From Intoshia linei (taxonomy: Eukaryota; Animalia; Orthonectida): a stretch of 64,000 bases of DNA. Where the stretch lies: assembly GCA_001642005.1 (NCBI GenBank), contig LWCA01000013.1, positions 23,582 through 87,581 of the forward strand, written 5' to 3'. A model generated the notes under the pieces. The model did not search any database. It had not been told where the DNA came from and saw only the letters and a list, made by a program, of their open reading frames with translations. The position numbers and the translations under genes are program-made. Shown here one piece after another: positions 14,019 to 27,300 of this stretch; within the stretch, counting starts at the first letter, position 1; every line of letters starts with the position of its first letter.

Positions 14019-14611
14019 CTAGCTTGGCTGTTTTGTACTACGTACATAGCTCTGCTGAGGGCACTCTTTTATTATACCAAAAAAATAAATTCACGTTGAA
14101 AATCTAACTTAAATCCACCATTAACTATTATCAATCCTTTAAAGGAGTGGTTCCCAAATTTGTTTCAGGTGGAAATGTCATATCACATTACTTTTTACTA
14201 TAAAGTGAATTATTCCTTTTTAATTTTTTACCTTCTTCTGTACCACCTGTAAATTTTTTGAAATTCTAGGGCTGTTTTCAAAAAAAAAAGGAATTTGTGG
14301 TTTTGGCTATGAAGGTATAATTTTTTTAAAGTTAAATTTATGATAATGTTTATATTTTTAAATCCGCATTAGCGTATATATTTTTTTAAATTCTCCAATC
14401 GTTTAATTTTTAAAAAGAGGGTCAATAGAGGTTTTTGACCCTTAAGATGTGAAATTGAGAGGTTGAAATTTATCTTATTATACGCCCCGGAAAAAACTGT
14501 AATTGAAATGTGGTCTTTAAAAAATTCTAAGAGTGCTAGTTATTTCAAAAAAGTAACACACACAGACAGACAGACAAACAAAAATCGCGTCGCATTTTAT
14601 ATAAGTTAAGA
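14019..14611 (-). mobile_element. Complete non-autonomous Helitron (593 bp)
   Basis: The minus strand reads A|TCttaacttatataaaatgcg...gtctgtctg ... tgtacgtagtaca hairpin ... CTAG|T. There is no TSD and the element sits between A and T. Confidence 0.8.
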
Positions 14612-15004
14612 TTAAAATAACCGTTAGAAATTGCATTGGTTATCGAAATTTTGATATACACATGTATTACTAATTAATACTTAAGACATTTTCCAACATT
14701 ACCTATTAATAAATTTAAAAAGAAAAGTAGTAAGTCATGATTGTATCTGTATGTAGCATGACCCTAGCCTTTCTTCACGGCCCTGCATAGAGTTTACGTT
14801 TAAGTTTAGCTAATGTTGAAACTTTACATAATTTTTACTTATTAGAGAAATTGGAGACATACAAAAAGGACAAAAACGATAACTATATAAATTCCTATTG
14901 AAATTCAATTCCCAATTTTTATTGTCTTGAAAAACGTTGGGAATGGTGGAAATTTCAAAAAATAATTACTTTTAATAAAAAAATATAAAATTAACTTGTA
15001 AATA

Positions 15005-15534
15005 CAGCCCAAGTCTTTAATTTTTATTATTGGAATTTTTATTAGCGGAAAAATGCAATTTTAACGGAATCTTGAATTATTTATTTTTTCTTGACGAATT
15101 TGTATGAACCAAATATTCCGTTAATAAAAATTTTATCTCCAAAGATCTAGAATCTATTTTTAATCACTATCGTACATATAAACTTATTTTTTACTAATTA
15201 AGAGATAATTTATAACGTTTTTATCAAATTCAAAGAATAATCATTTTTAACTGAATTTATTTCTGTAAATAATTTAAAAATTTTAAATAAACCAAAAAAA
15301 CTGATCTGGATCCAGGAGTCCATATGAACCCGTTGTTAATGTTTTGTGTATATTACATCATCAATGATGATTCGTCATGTATTATTCAAAAACTCATAAT
15401 AACAAAAAATATCACCATTTAATGGTTTTTATTTAAAAAAATTAAATTCCGTTAAAAAGTGTGTTACCATGGGGAAAAAGTCCATATTAACGGATTTAAG
15501 GAATTTTCAATTTTGTTAATAAAGACTTAGACTG
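15005..15534. mobile_element. Tc1/mariner-pogo-type MITE
   Basis: Ends read TA|cagcccaagtcttta ... taaagacttagactg|TA, i.e. inverted termini with a TA duplication. Confidence 0.7.
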
Positions 15535-18500
15535 TAATAATTAAAAAGTTAAGTCAAACGCGAAACTAACCACATGTATTCGCATCCTTACAAAATTTCG
15601 ATCGACACAGTAACTCCCCGACAATTGTTCTGATACAAAACAATATATAGTAAACAATGCTATCTTCTTTCAGCTCGAAATCTCGAGTACTCTTAAAATT
15701 TCTAAAGTACTCTTACAATATTATTGTCCAGTTTTATCGGCTGAAATTTTGATCAAATGAAATATATCACAATATGTATTACACATATTGTGTACAAAAT
15801 ATTAATATACAATGTATGTCAAATTTGATGAAAATTTTGCAATACTTTTCTATTCTATTCTCATTTCAAATTAAAATTTTTAGTTTTTTATTTTTTTTAG
15901 AGTTAAATTTACCCTGCTAAAGTAAAAAATGTTCGCCCACCAGCTGCAAATTATTTATGTTATCAGCGATTAATTTGGAATATTAGGGCCCTCACAGGGT
16001 AGGCACTTATGAATGTTCTAATATGGATTTAGAATGGATTATTAAATTATAATTCCTTATTAACTGCACAGCCAGGTTACTTGTTACTGATTAAAGTTGA
16101 TAAATTCACTGAATAAATGGTTTATTCTGGTCATGGTTTAATTTAATCATTTAAATTACAAAATGAATATTTAAATTTTAAAATGGATAAAACTGTAAAA
16201 CAATAACTAATAAGCAAATATGAATTGTGATTCACAATAAATCCATAAAATCATCATCAAACAAGATAAAAGTGCATTGTTGTTATTGAAATCATTATCG
16301 ATTATCAAATTTAGCTAATTGAACCTGCTGAGCAACACATTGTACAGATTCAAACAAGCCTTTCACAACGAGAATGCGAAATTATAGCCTGGTGTGAAAA
16401 AGTGGGCGGTACAAACTATAATCTCAATTTTATGTGACACAATACAACATACTCTACTACACGACTGTAAATTTATCGAGCATTAAATATTTGCCAAAAT
16501 TTAATTCTCGTCAGCATTGTACAAAGCAATGTACACCAGCTTTACATAATTTAATTGTTCACTAATCGTGTTACACACTGTAAATTATTACTATCAATAT
16601 CCAACCATTTAAATCATTATGCTATTCCTAAAAGATGATGCATGTCAAAAAAGTCCGGAAATTATTTCTACATTACAATCAAGAATGTACACTTCAAAAT
16701 TGACATTTTATTCAATTTTTCAATATTTATACTTATTATATATTATTGTGATTCATTTTCATACATTATTATGTACATTTTAAACAAGTACACACAAGTA
16801 TTTCAAATATATTTTTTACATCAACCTAATTTACTTTATTACAGGTAATTTTTTCTGTTTTAATTATAAATATTTACATTTTTGTATTCATCTATTTGAT
16901 GAAAAATTGATACTTACACTAAATTGACCTCAACTAACCCAAGTTAACCTATATTAGCCTAAACAATTTAATTCAAGTTGTATTTTACTTATCTAAAGTG
17001 TATATAAAAAGGCATTTTGGGTGTTGGGTATTAGAGTGATAGGAGTAGACTACGCCGCGTAGTTCCATCTATAATTGTTTGTTAGAAACACGATCCAAAC
17101 ACGAATTTTTGATCGTGCCGAATCGTGTTTTCGGTCGCATTATAGAATACTGTTGAGTGTTTTATGACTATGCATTGTTGTAGGTTTTATTTATTATACA
17201 TAACTGGTTAGGATCGAATACGCAATATTTACCATTTTTAGTCATTGGAAGGTTTTTTATGGCCTTTTGAAATTTTTATGTATTAATGATTAAATCAAGG
17301 AAGAAACTACATTATTATAATTAAAGGTTCATCCATGATATATACGAAAAATTGCCCATATTTTTTAGTTTGGGGTCTCGATCATGATTAATGATTTCTA
17401 ATGTTGAAGGTATGGGTTTAAAATTTTTATTAAAAGGAACGCATCTAGCTAGGTTAAGCTTATTCTATTCGTCTATAAACATCTGATAAAAAATAATCTA
17501 GTGTCTGAAAAGCAAATTATTACATTAGTGCAGAGTTGACCATTAGAAGTCGTTAAATTTTTACAAAATAGTGGCCTCTTTTTACAAACTGAACATTAAA
17601 AAAAAATGTATTTGTCAATATCATAACTGTTCTGTATGTCAAATTTAAACGGTAAGTCTAGTCTAGAGTCTAGATCCGAAAAAAGCTGATTAAGGTCATG
17701 TAATAGGGGTTCCCACACTTTTTTTACGTCTGACCCATTATAAATTATAAAATTTGGATAAAAACGTAATAAATTCTATTCAGTGATAATATTAAAATTA
17801 AATAATTTTTCAAAAATTTTTTCACAGATCACCATTTGGGAAACAGATATAACATTATTATCACATTTAGAGCGAAATTTATTTAGGGTCTCTTTTTGAT
17901 TTCTGGCCTTGACGTGGTAGGTTGAAGTCTGAGTCAATGATTTTCATTTTATCAGGTAATTGCTTAATTTTTAAAATGTAATTTAATTTACCTAAATAAT
18001 AACCATGGATGCATTGGAGGTAATTAAGTAAATACGAAGGCGTAAAACTAAGTCTTACACTACGATTAAATCTTAAGTTTGCATTCTTATAGTGCATTCT
18101 TTTAATAGCTTTAAATAATAAAAATAACGTTAAAATTTCCACAATAATTAACACGTCAATTATAAAAAATGTCAAAAATAAAATATAAATTCAGAAATTG
18201 GGACAAATAGAAATGTAGATGAGACTTTCAAAAATATTCCTGTCGTTATCGTGTATTGGTCTCTTATATACTTTGTACATGTCACTCATTCGACCCATTT
18301 GTAGATATAATTTTCCTCACTTTTCTATTACATAAGAAAATGTATCTTTATAATTTCTACAATTTTGGATCAATTCGTATCTTTTTTATTAGATTTGGTG
18401 ATACTTAGAACCATTAAACTAAATATCTTTTAATTATAGTAAGACTTGTGCTAGGACTGGTTTTTTATCACAAATTTTTATAATTTAATATTTAAGACTC

Positions 18501-20584
18501 AAGTTAAGTTTAAATTTTTAAATTAAATTGGTAACCTATATAGAGGTCATTTTAGTAAATGTATTTATTGTAAGATATATTTATTATCTAATTAAAGAAT
18601 GTTTATTGAAGTTGACTCAATTCTACTCAGTTATCATTATGACGTCATTTATACATAAAAATGTAAAATACAGCAATGTATAATTTATTTTAGTGAAATT
18701 TTTTCTCGTTATTCGTGCAAATTAATTTTATTAGTAAAAAGATAAAATTTGTAAAATTTGTAATTTACTACACGGTTTTAAAAACTGTCAAAAAATTAGT
18801 GAAAATTGATTACATTTTTGTACTTTTTTGTTTACACAGGGCATGTAAAAATGACTATAAAATTTAAATTTCAAAGTTTTAATTTGACTACATTTACAAT
18901 TGATTTAATTTAAAAAATTATATACATGCCGTTTAGATTAATTTAAAGTGAAATGAATTTAATCCATCAAATTTGTTTAATATTGAATCTCACACCGTTA
19001 ATATTTGGATATGTGTTTGGTAATTTTGATTTCAATTTAGTTTTCAATTTAATTTAATTTAACTGTACATTTATTTTAAATTAAATTTATTCTTGTAATT
19101 TTTTCAGGGTTTCAAGGGTATTAATTATAAAATATTTACCAATCATTGGAGCAATCATAATAAAAATTGTATACTAATAGTATAATAGATTGTATAGTAC
19201 CCCATGGCTAAAATTATAATTAGTAATTAGGGCTAAAAAGTCAAAAAGTTAATTACCCATTAGAATAAATTAAATTCATTTTAAAATGTGGAGTATATGG
19301 AAATTTACACATGATTGAATTAATCGGATAATAAAAGATGGATAAAAATAACATTGAAAAATTGTTTTTTATAGACTATTGTTTCATGGCAAAGATGAAT
19401 TACCCTATTAATTGTCTGTGACACAATGGGTGTCATTTTTGTTACACATGCATTCAAAATTTCTATCGATTGACTTTAACCTTTTGACATGTTACTAAAA
19501 TTTAGCCAATTTAACTTGACGAAATGTATAATATTTTGACTGTATATTTATACTGAAATGAAAATGATTAAAAATTGTTAATATTCCATAATAAATGATA
19601 GAAATCAAGTACAGTATTGAATCAACTATAAAATCATGTTATTGTAATTTTATAAATTTTTAAGTTTATTCATCAAACGAAAAATATGACTAGCCATTTC
19701 ATGATAATGGATGGATTATGTTGGATTAGCTTTAATTCCATTCTTAAATAATTAATCTATAGTACGTTGAATGGGAGAGTATAAATGTACGTATTATTTA
19801 TTCTAACTAAATTTTTATTCATTCATACACGTATTCTTAAAATAATTAATTCACAGATTAATAATATTTACTTGTGTTTGGTGTAAACTTTAATAAAATT
19901 AAAATAAATTAATCGCGTTTAATGTGTGAAAAATAACACTAAATATAAAAACCAAATTAATTTTGGCGTTAATTTAATGGTATTCTATTGTTATAGTGTC
20001 AAATTTTATTTTCGTGATACATTTTTTTGTGTTTATGCAATTTTATTCTTAATTTGACAATTTGTATTCAATTATTGTAATAAAACTACCATTAAATATA
20101 TATATTTTATTTTTATTAATTGTAATTTTCACCTTATTCTTAATTCAATGAATAGTATTCATTAATTCACTATATTTACTAACAACTATGTTGATTATTG
20201 AAAAATGAATGCATTTATTGTTGGTACCAATTAGTCGTCTTTGTATTCATTTTTCCAAAATTTATTAATTTTATTTTTAATATTTTTAATTAGTCCATTT
20301 TACTCCATTCTATTAAATTTCCATTATTATTGAATTATTATGTTATTGTATATTTTACATTACACAATATAATTTTAATTGTTTATTTAACTGACATTAT
20401 GGACAATAAAAATTTACTCAATCGTATCTTTCTATATCACGTATATTTGAACCTTATAAATTCTATAAATTGTAAGTTATATAAATTTATTTATTGATAT
20501 TTTTTCAACGATTTCTATTTAAGTTAAATTTTAGCGGTGCCTAAAAAAAATAAATATAGAATATTTTGATTACTTAAGTATACT

Positions 20585-21360
20585 AACTTATATAATATGC
20601 TACGCAATTTTTGTTTGTGTTCCACTTTATTAAAATAACTACAACTCTTAGAATTTTTTAAAGACAACATTTCCAATACAGTTTTTTCCGGGACGTATAA
20701 TAAGATAAATTTCGACCTCCCAATTTCACATCTTACCGGTCAAAAACCCCAGTTGTCCCTCTTTCTGAAAATCAAACGAGTAGGAGAATTTAAAAAAATA
20801 TATATGCTGATACGGATTTTAAAATCATATACATTATCATAAATTTAAATTTAAAAAAATTATATTTTCAGGGCCAAAACCACAAATTACCCTTCTTTTT
20901 TTAATGAAAACAGCCCTAGAATTTCAAAAATTTACAAGTGGTACAGTTGTATCCTGTTAACACACACAAAAAATTTCAATCCGAATAAGTGACGACTTCA
21001 CGGTCAAAAAAGCATTTTAGTATTCATATATTTTTTTTTCGAAATATTTTATTAAAACAAAAAATGTGAAATAATTAACGAAAATCGAAAATTAAAAAAA
21101 AAAGATTATTCTGATACAGCTTATTCCAGTTAATATAAATTCAAAATTTGAACCCCAGAAATTTACGCATTCCCGGTGAAAAATAACCTTTAATTTATTA
21201 TCAATCAATATTTTTCAAATGTTTCGATTAAACAATCAAAAATTAAAATATTCATCCTACAATTCCAAAAAAAGCGTGAATTGACCGTATACATATTTGA
21301 AATCCAGAAATATTGGTTTCAATCTGATAAATTGATTAATTGTGTTTTTTTATCATTGCT
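20585..21360 (+). mobile_element. Helitron family copy (5' part); further copies near 4980-5560, 7090-7470, 39331-39870, 54481-55294, 57753-58250 and 60600-61340
   Basis: High similarity to 14019-14611 and 10156-11769. Confidence 0.7.
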
Positions 21361-24326
21361 ACAAAATTGATCATTTTCAAAAACTAAAGTTTTGAAAGTT
21401 TTTAATCAACTTCAATATAACTTTGTTATTATAATTTGATATTTATAATAAATTTTATTGCAATATTAGCAACATTGCTTCATCCATTCATTATGTATTA
21501 TAGAAAAAAAATGATTTTTCAATTCTCCTGATTGTCTCATATTTACATCTTTTCTATTTAACAAGCTAAACTTATTCATATTGCTCGCAAATACTAATTT
21601 TTTTTTATTTTAACAAATTATATTTGAATAAAGGGAATATAGAGCAAGACATTTACATTTTTTTTTGATTTTTAAAAAAATCTATGGCGAATGCAATTTT
21701 GGATGAAAATCACCAAAACTAAACAAAAGTTTTTTTAATCGAATAATGGATACTTTACTGGTTTTATTTTTGATTAATATATTTTGACTGGATTTTTATC
21801 TGAAATTTTAAATTACTTAAAAATCAATACAATACGATGCCGACATATTCTCTCAAATAATTTAAAATTTTGAATAATACACCAATATTAATTACTGACA
21901 TTTTGGTATCAAAATAATACCTCCTAAGTCTTTGAGTTTTTTTATAATACGTTTAATACATGTCACCGACTTCATAATGTTATGATTAAAAATTTAAAGC
22001 AGTGCTGCATGGTATTCATTTCGTTGTTTTAAATTAAGAATTGAATCATCAATTACATTATAATGTAATTATTATATTGTAATGTATTAATATTATAAAA
22101 AACCATAATGTCCTGTAGAGCCTACCATACTCGAGACCCGAAAATCAAAAATAGACCCATTAATTTTCGATATATTTAATGCTATATAGACCATAGTTAC
22201 CTAGCCCTGACTTGCGGTTATTATTTTGAAAAATATAAATTTTATAAATACTACACTCGTAAATATTATGGCAACAATTTACAAAACCGCTTAGGGAGGA
22301 GAGTTCAATTGAAGTGTTCTTTTATGTTATTTTATTTCTTACATTATGTTTTTTTAACCTTTAATTCCAGAAACTAAACGAGAATATGATAATTTTTTTA
22401 TGCGACAATTATGTGTCAAATTTTTATTTTACGTTTAATTATTTTGAATACTTTATGTTTTTAATCATGTTTATATCATATTTCATAAAAACAATAAATT
22501 GTCCAGAATGACAATTGTATTAAAATGCTTAAATCTACGATAAAATCCTATTGATATGAATCGTTGCGTGCAGCTTCTATAGTGAGGAATATACAATATT
22601 ATTCAATTAGTGTCAAATTAAGTGTCAAAATTAAATTGAGATATTTCAACTGATTAAATGTGATTAAAATACAGATTAATGAAATATAGTGGTCATGTCA
22701 TCAAATGATGTGCTTAAGCTAAACGCTGAGATGAATAACGTGTGCATGCACTTGTTAGTTTAATTTATTTTATTTTTTCAATCGTTACATTTTCTATTTA
22801 TGGCTGTGTTACAATACAAATTAAAATGAATGAATTATGTGTAATTAATTCCAAAATTTTGTATTGTTTGTTATGGATCAAAAGATATTTTTGGTGTATT
22901 TTCTTTTACCAAAGATTTAAAGTGTTTAATGTGTTTTTGAACCAAACTTTGAATACCTGTTTGAGGGTCCTTTTAATCATTATCGATCTATGTCATAGAT
23001 TCTATCATGATAATGCTATATGCCATGTCTCCAAAAATTTTTCTTATCTGACCCTTGATCTATTATTCATATTAGATAAGATGATTATACTATAGTATGG
23101 CTATATACTAATATAATTAAAAAAATTTAATTTTCAATAAGTTGAAACATAATTAATTTATGAAAAAACTGAAATAAATAAGACTTCAGTCAGTTTTATC
23201 CTCCTTTGGGAATCAATTAACTATTTTGTATCAGTTGAACTCTGTATTTTTAACATATGCTGATGTTTATATTTACATTCTTTTTTATCGCTATAACTTA
23301 TGGTTAAGCGTGATCGATTTGCTGATACAGTCTAAGTCCTGATCGATAAAAGTGTCATTTTACTTTTAGTAAAACCGGATTTTTCCTATAAGGGTTGGGT
23401 AAATTTTGATTTTTAGTAAAATTGTTAGGATTTAAGAATATTGTTAATATAAAAATAGCAAATTATAACTTAAAATCTAAAAAAACTTAATTTTTTTTGT
23501 TTCTTCAATTATGAATCATGATTAAAATTTGATGCTGATTAACATAACAAATCTGTTGTAACGTTTATGTTTGCGATTAAGTTACTTAACGGTTGAAAAT
23601 TAGTGATTTTATAATAAAAAAAGTGTAAACCACCTTTCTAGAGTGTATTATTGAACAGTGTTCAATGAATGTTCATGATGTTTTTAATGCTATACTTGTC
23701 TCATTGTTATAATTAAATTTACAATATGTTAATAAATTATCTATTCATCAATAATTCACTTCCACATGTTCTTTTTATATATTCTGTCATGGGTAAGTGG
23801 TGTGAAATGATTAAAAGTTTGCTAAACAAAGTGAATGAATTGTAAAATCTTAAAATAATGCAAGAATTCGCATTATATTTTATTATATGCTTTAAATCTT
23901 TTTCATCAATACAAAGAAATCTCATACTGAGTTTACCCTTTCCCTTTAGATTGAATGGCACATATTTTAATTTTAATTATATGAAACTATGACACCTTTT
24001 GTAGAACAATATGTTATTTGTTATTCTAATTCTAAGAAAAATATTGCATCGAATGAAATAAAAAGTGAATGGATAGTTTTTCATTTTTTTTGAAGATTTT
24101 ATGTAATGAAATTTATTTACAATTATTAATAAAGGTTTTTGAAATTATTTTTAAAAATGGACACTAAACATTTAATTAACTATCTAATAACCGTCATTAA
24201 CCTAACAATACCTCAGAGACGATAAAAATAACGGATGTAAAAAATTTTAGTCTATCCTAGGTTTATGTTTAAATTAATGCAATCTAAATTAATGTTTATA
24301 AAAGTATAATAATTAAATACTTTTAG

Positions 24327-27300
24327 ATGAAATCCTCTACGATTCATCAAAAGTGCAACCTTCTCTAAATTGGGCTACCTATAACGACCCCTTAAAACAA
24401 GATATATCAAACCTTACAAAAGAAATAAACCAAAACTCAGATTTAAAATTCCACCAAAAAAAAAGAATCTCGTCATTAAACATGGTAATTGTATTTACGT
24501 AAAATATACAACTATACAAATAATGTGACACTTTAAAAAGATGTATATAAATTGGAAATGTATAAAGTATACTGTCAATTTTGATCCGTTAAATGGTTCA
24601 ATATACACATTGCACATATTATAAATATTGAAACTTTACCGATAAATTTTAAAGTGGGTATTTATATACATGAATGACTTATTTTGGAAAATTGACTTTT
24701 TAAAATTTTCTTAAACTGCATCTGTAATGCAATATATCATTTTTTGACAAGTTTTTTATAATTACCGATTTTTGGACGGGTTAGTTAATTGTTTGATGGA
24801 GCGTAAATTAAGGAGAATGCATTGCATAAAAATCAAAAGTAGATAATGCAACTGTGTCATGAAATGGATAGTCTAATAAATGCATTTGCATACATTTTTT
24901 AGTTTAATCCAGAGTTGAATAATCTTTTTATATTTTAATTATATAATTGTAGATATTCAATTGAGAATACTATAATTTAATGTCTGATGATCATGTCGAT
25001 GCAAGCATAATTTTGGGCGTTTCTTTTTATGATTTTTTTAATTATAGTTATTGATTTTGCAATTTAAATAATTTATTGTTTTAATTTGCATTCTGTGCAA
25101 ATTGACAGAATATGTAAATTATGCAATTGGATAAATGTGACAGTTTTATCTAGATATCCGGCATCTGTTTAATTAAGATAATGTTGATATAGTCTTATTT
25201 TTAAATTAATTTTGTAAAATATAGGAAAATGTAAACTATTTTATATTGTACAAATTAAATTATAATAAAAAAATTTAGTGGAAAGAAACTAGTGAAACAG
25301 TTGGAGATTTAACTGTACGAGCATATGTAATTTGTAACATGAACGGCGAGTCTTTCAATTGGCTCAGGGTACCTTTTGTTAATGTAGATCGTAGTCAATA
25401 TGTTTACATAAATATGACATTCTCAATGAGAAAATGTGTCAATAATTCAAATTGTAAAGAATCTTTTTCTATGTATTACCAAATAAATCAAAAAGACTTG
25501 CAATTCAACCAACCCAATCATCCTTTTGAAAATTTTAAATTATTACACCTTATATCTCCAAAACTACACATAAAGTCTGACAACCCTACAAACAAACTAT
25601 TGAATTTTAAAATTTTTATAAAAAAGACTGGATTTCTTAGTTTAGCCTTCTTGGATAAAGGGGCCTGTGTGGCTATAAGGAAATTGGTTATTTTCAGAAA
25701 AGTTTGTCCAAAAACTTTTTTAAATTATGCAATGTTCCCGGAAACTTCTGTAGCTAATCAAACTCAGCATGTTTATGGACAGTGTGTCAATAATTCTATT
25801 TGGGGATTGAAAAATTATCAGTTTGATAAATTTAAATCTTTTAAACTCAAGAAAAATAAAAAAACCATTCATCACAATTACTTAAAGTTACTGCCTAAAG
25901 CCATTTGTACTAATCATGGATGGATTCAAGTTAATAATAATTGTCAATGTTTGCCTGGATTTGAACCGAAAAATAATATTTGTTCAGGTAATTTAATTTT
26001 ATAGTGTTGTAAACATTTTAAGAGTTTATGACATTCTTTCAAAAGTTGGCTCTTAATCCAGCGAACATTTAGTTGAGCGATACATCTTAGAGCGACATAA
26101 TCATCGATTTTGTTAATTAATCATAATATTTATTTTTTTACAATATTTTTGTGGTTTCTTCAAGGTTTCTTTAATGATAATGACCAAAAATGTGTAAGGT
26201 TTTTAAGCGAATATTTTTTTCTACCATTTTTGAAAAATTTTGAAGATAAATTCCCTTAAAAACCATATATAATTTTGGTCCCAAAATAAGATAATAAAAA
26301 TAAAGAAGGTAGCGTAAATTTAAATAACTAAAATTTCATGACAAAAATCAATATGATAAATAAGTAAAATTGATGATTATGTCGCTTTAAGATGGGTCAT
26401 TGTTCGTTTTTTGTATCGCTCCAACAATACATCGCGCAAACAAATATCTCTCCAAACTATGGACGTTCTTAACCTAGGGCCCTGAAATTCTGGCGAAATT
26501 GTCGGCTTTAATGGTCAGTGATAAATTTTATAATTTATTACCGGTCCGCCGTTTTCACTACCGAAAAAAGTGTGGGAACCCCTGACAGGGCTCCTCTGTA
26601 CTGTTGTACTATGAGGATATTATTTACAAACTATAAATGGTAAATAAGTCTCAATTTTCATCATATAAAAATTTCATATTATAAAGATATTTTTACCTAA
26701 CTTTAAAATGGGAATTTTTTACCAAACCTTAAAGTAGGAGTCGGCAACCTTTTGCATTTCGTGGGCCACTTTTTTATATCAAAAAATTCCACGGGCCCCG
26801 TTTTTGAAAATTTACCTATAATAAATTTCAATTTTAATTAAAGAGAAACGGTTCTAGTGTATTCAACAAAATAAATCCAGGGCGATTTGAAAATTCAGTA
26901 TTAAAATGATTATAATGAGCCTATTTTAGTAGAAAATGTTTAAAACGGTGTTTAAAAGTTGAAAAATTAATAATTTATATAGTCACTCGAAGGACCACCA
27001 AAATTATTATGTGGGTCACTGGTGCCGACCCCTGCCTTAAAGGGTGATTTTAAGATTTTTATAATTTGAAATATTTTCGTTTCCACTAGTTCATTCTAAA
27101 AAAATCTGCTCATAATAAGTAATTTTTATATTATGAAAATTGTTTAATTTAAGAATTTGATTCATCTTCCCAAAATTTAATGTAATCGTATAATTTTCTA
27201 TGTAAATGCATTTTTTTAAATTTATTAATAAATTTAGAATGCGGACGAAATTATTACAAATCTATAAAAAACCAAACAGTTTGCAAAAAATGTCCAAAAA

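Noticed and set aside
17879-23961. Short F/I/L/K-rich ORFs (17879-18175, 22742-23095, 23737-23961)
   Set aside because: Their composition is what random AT-rich DNA gives. Some start at non-ATG codons, and none has a motif or coherent splice structure.
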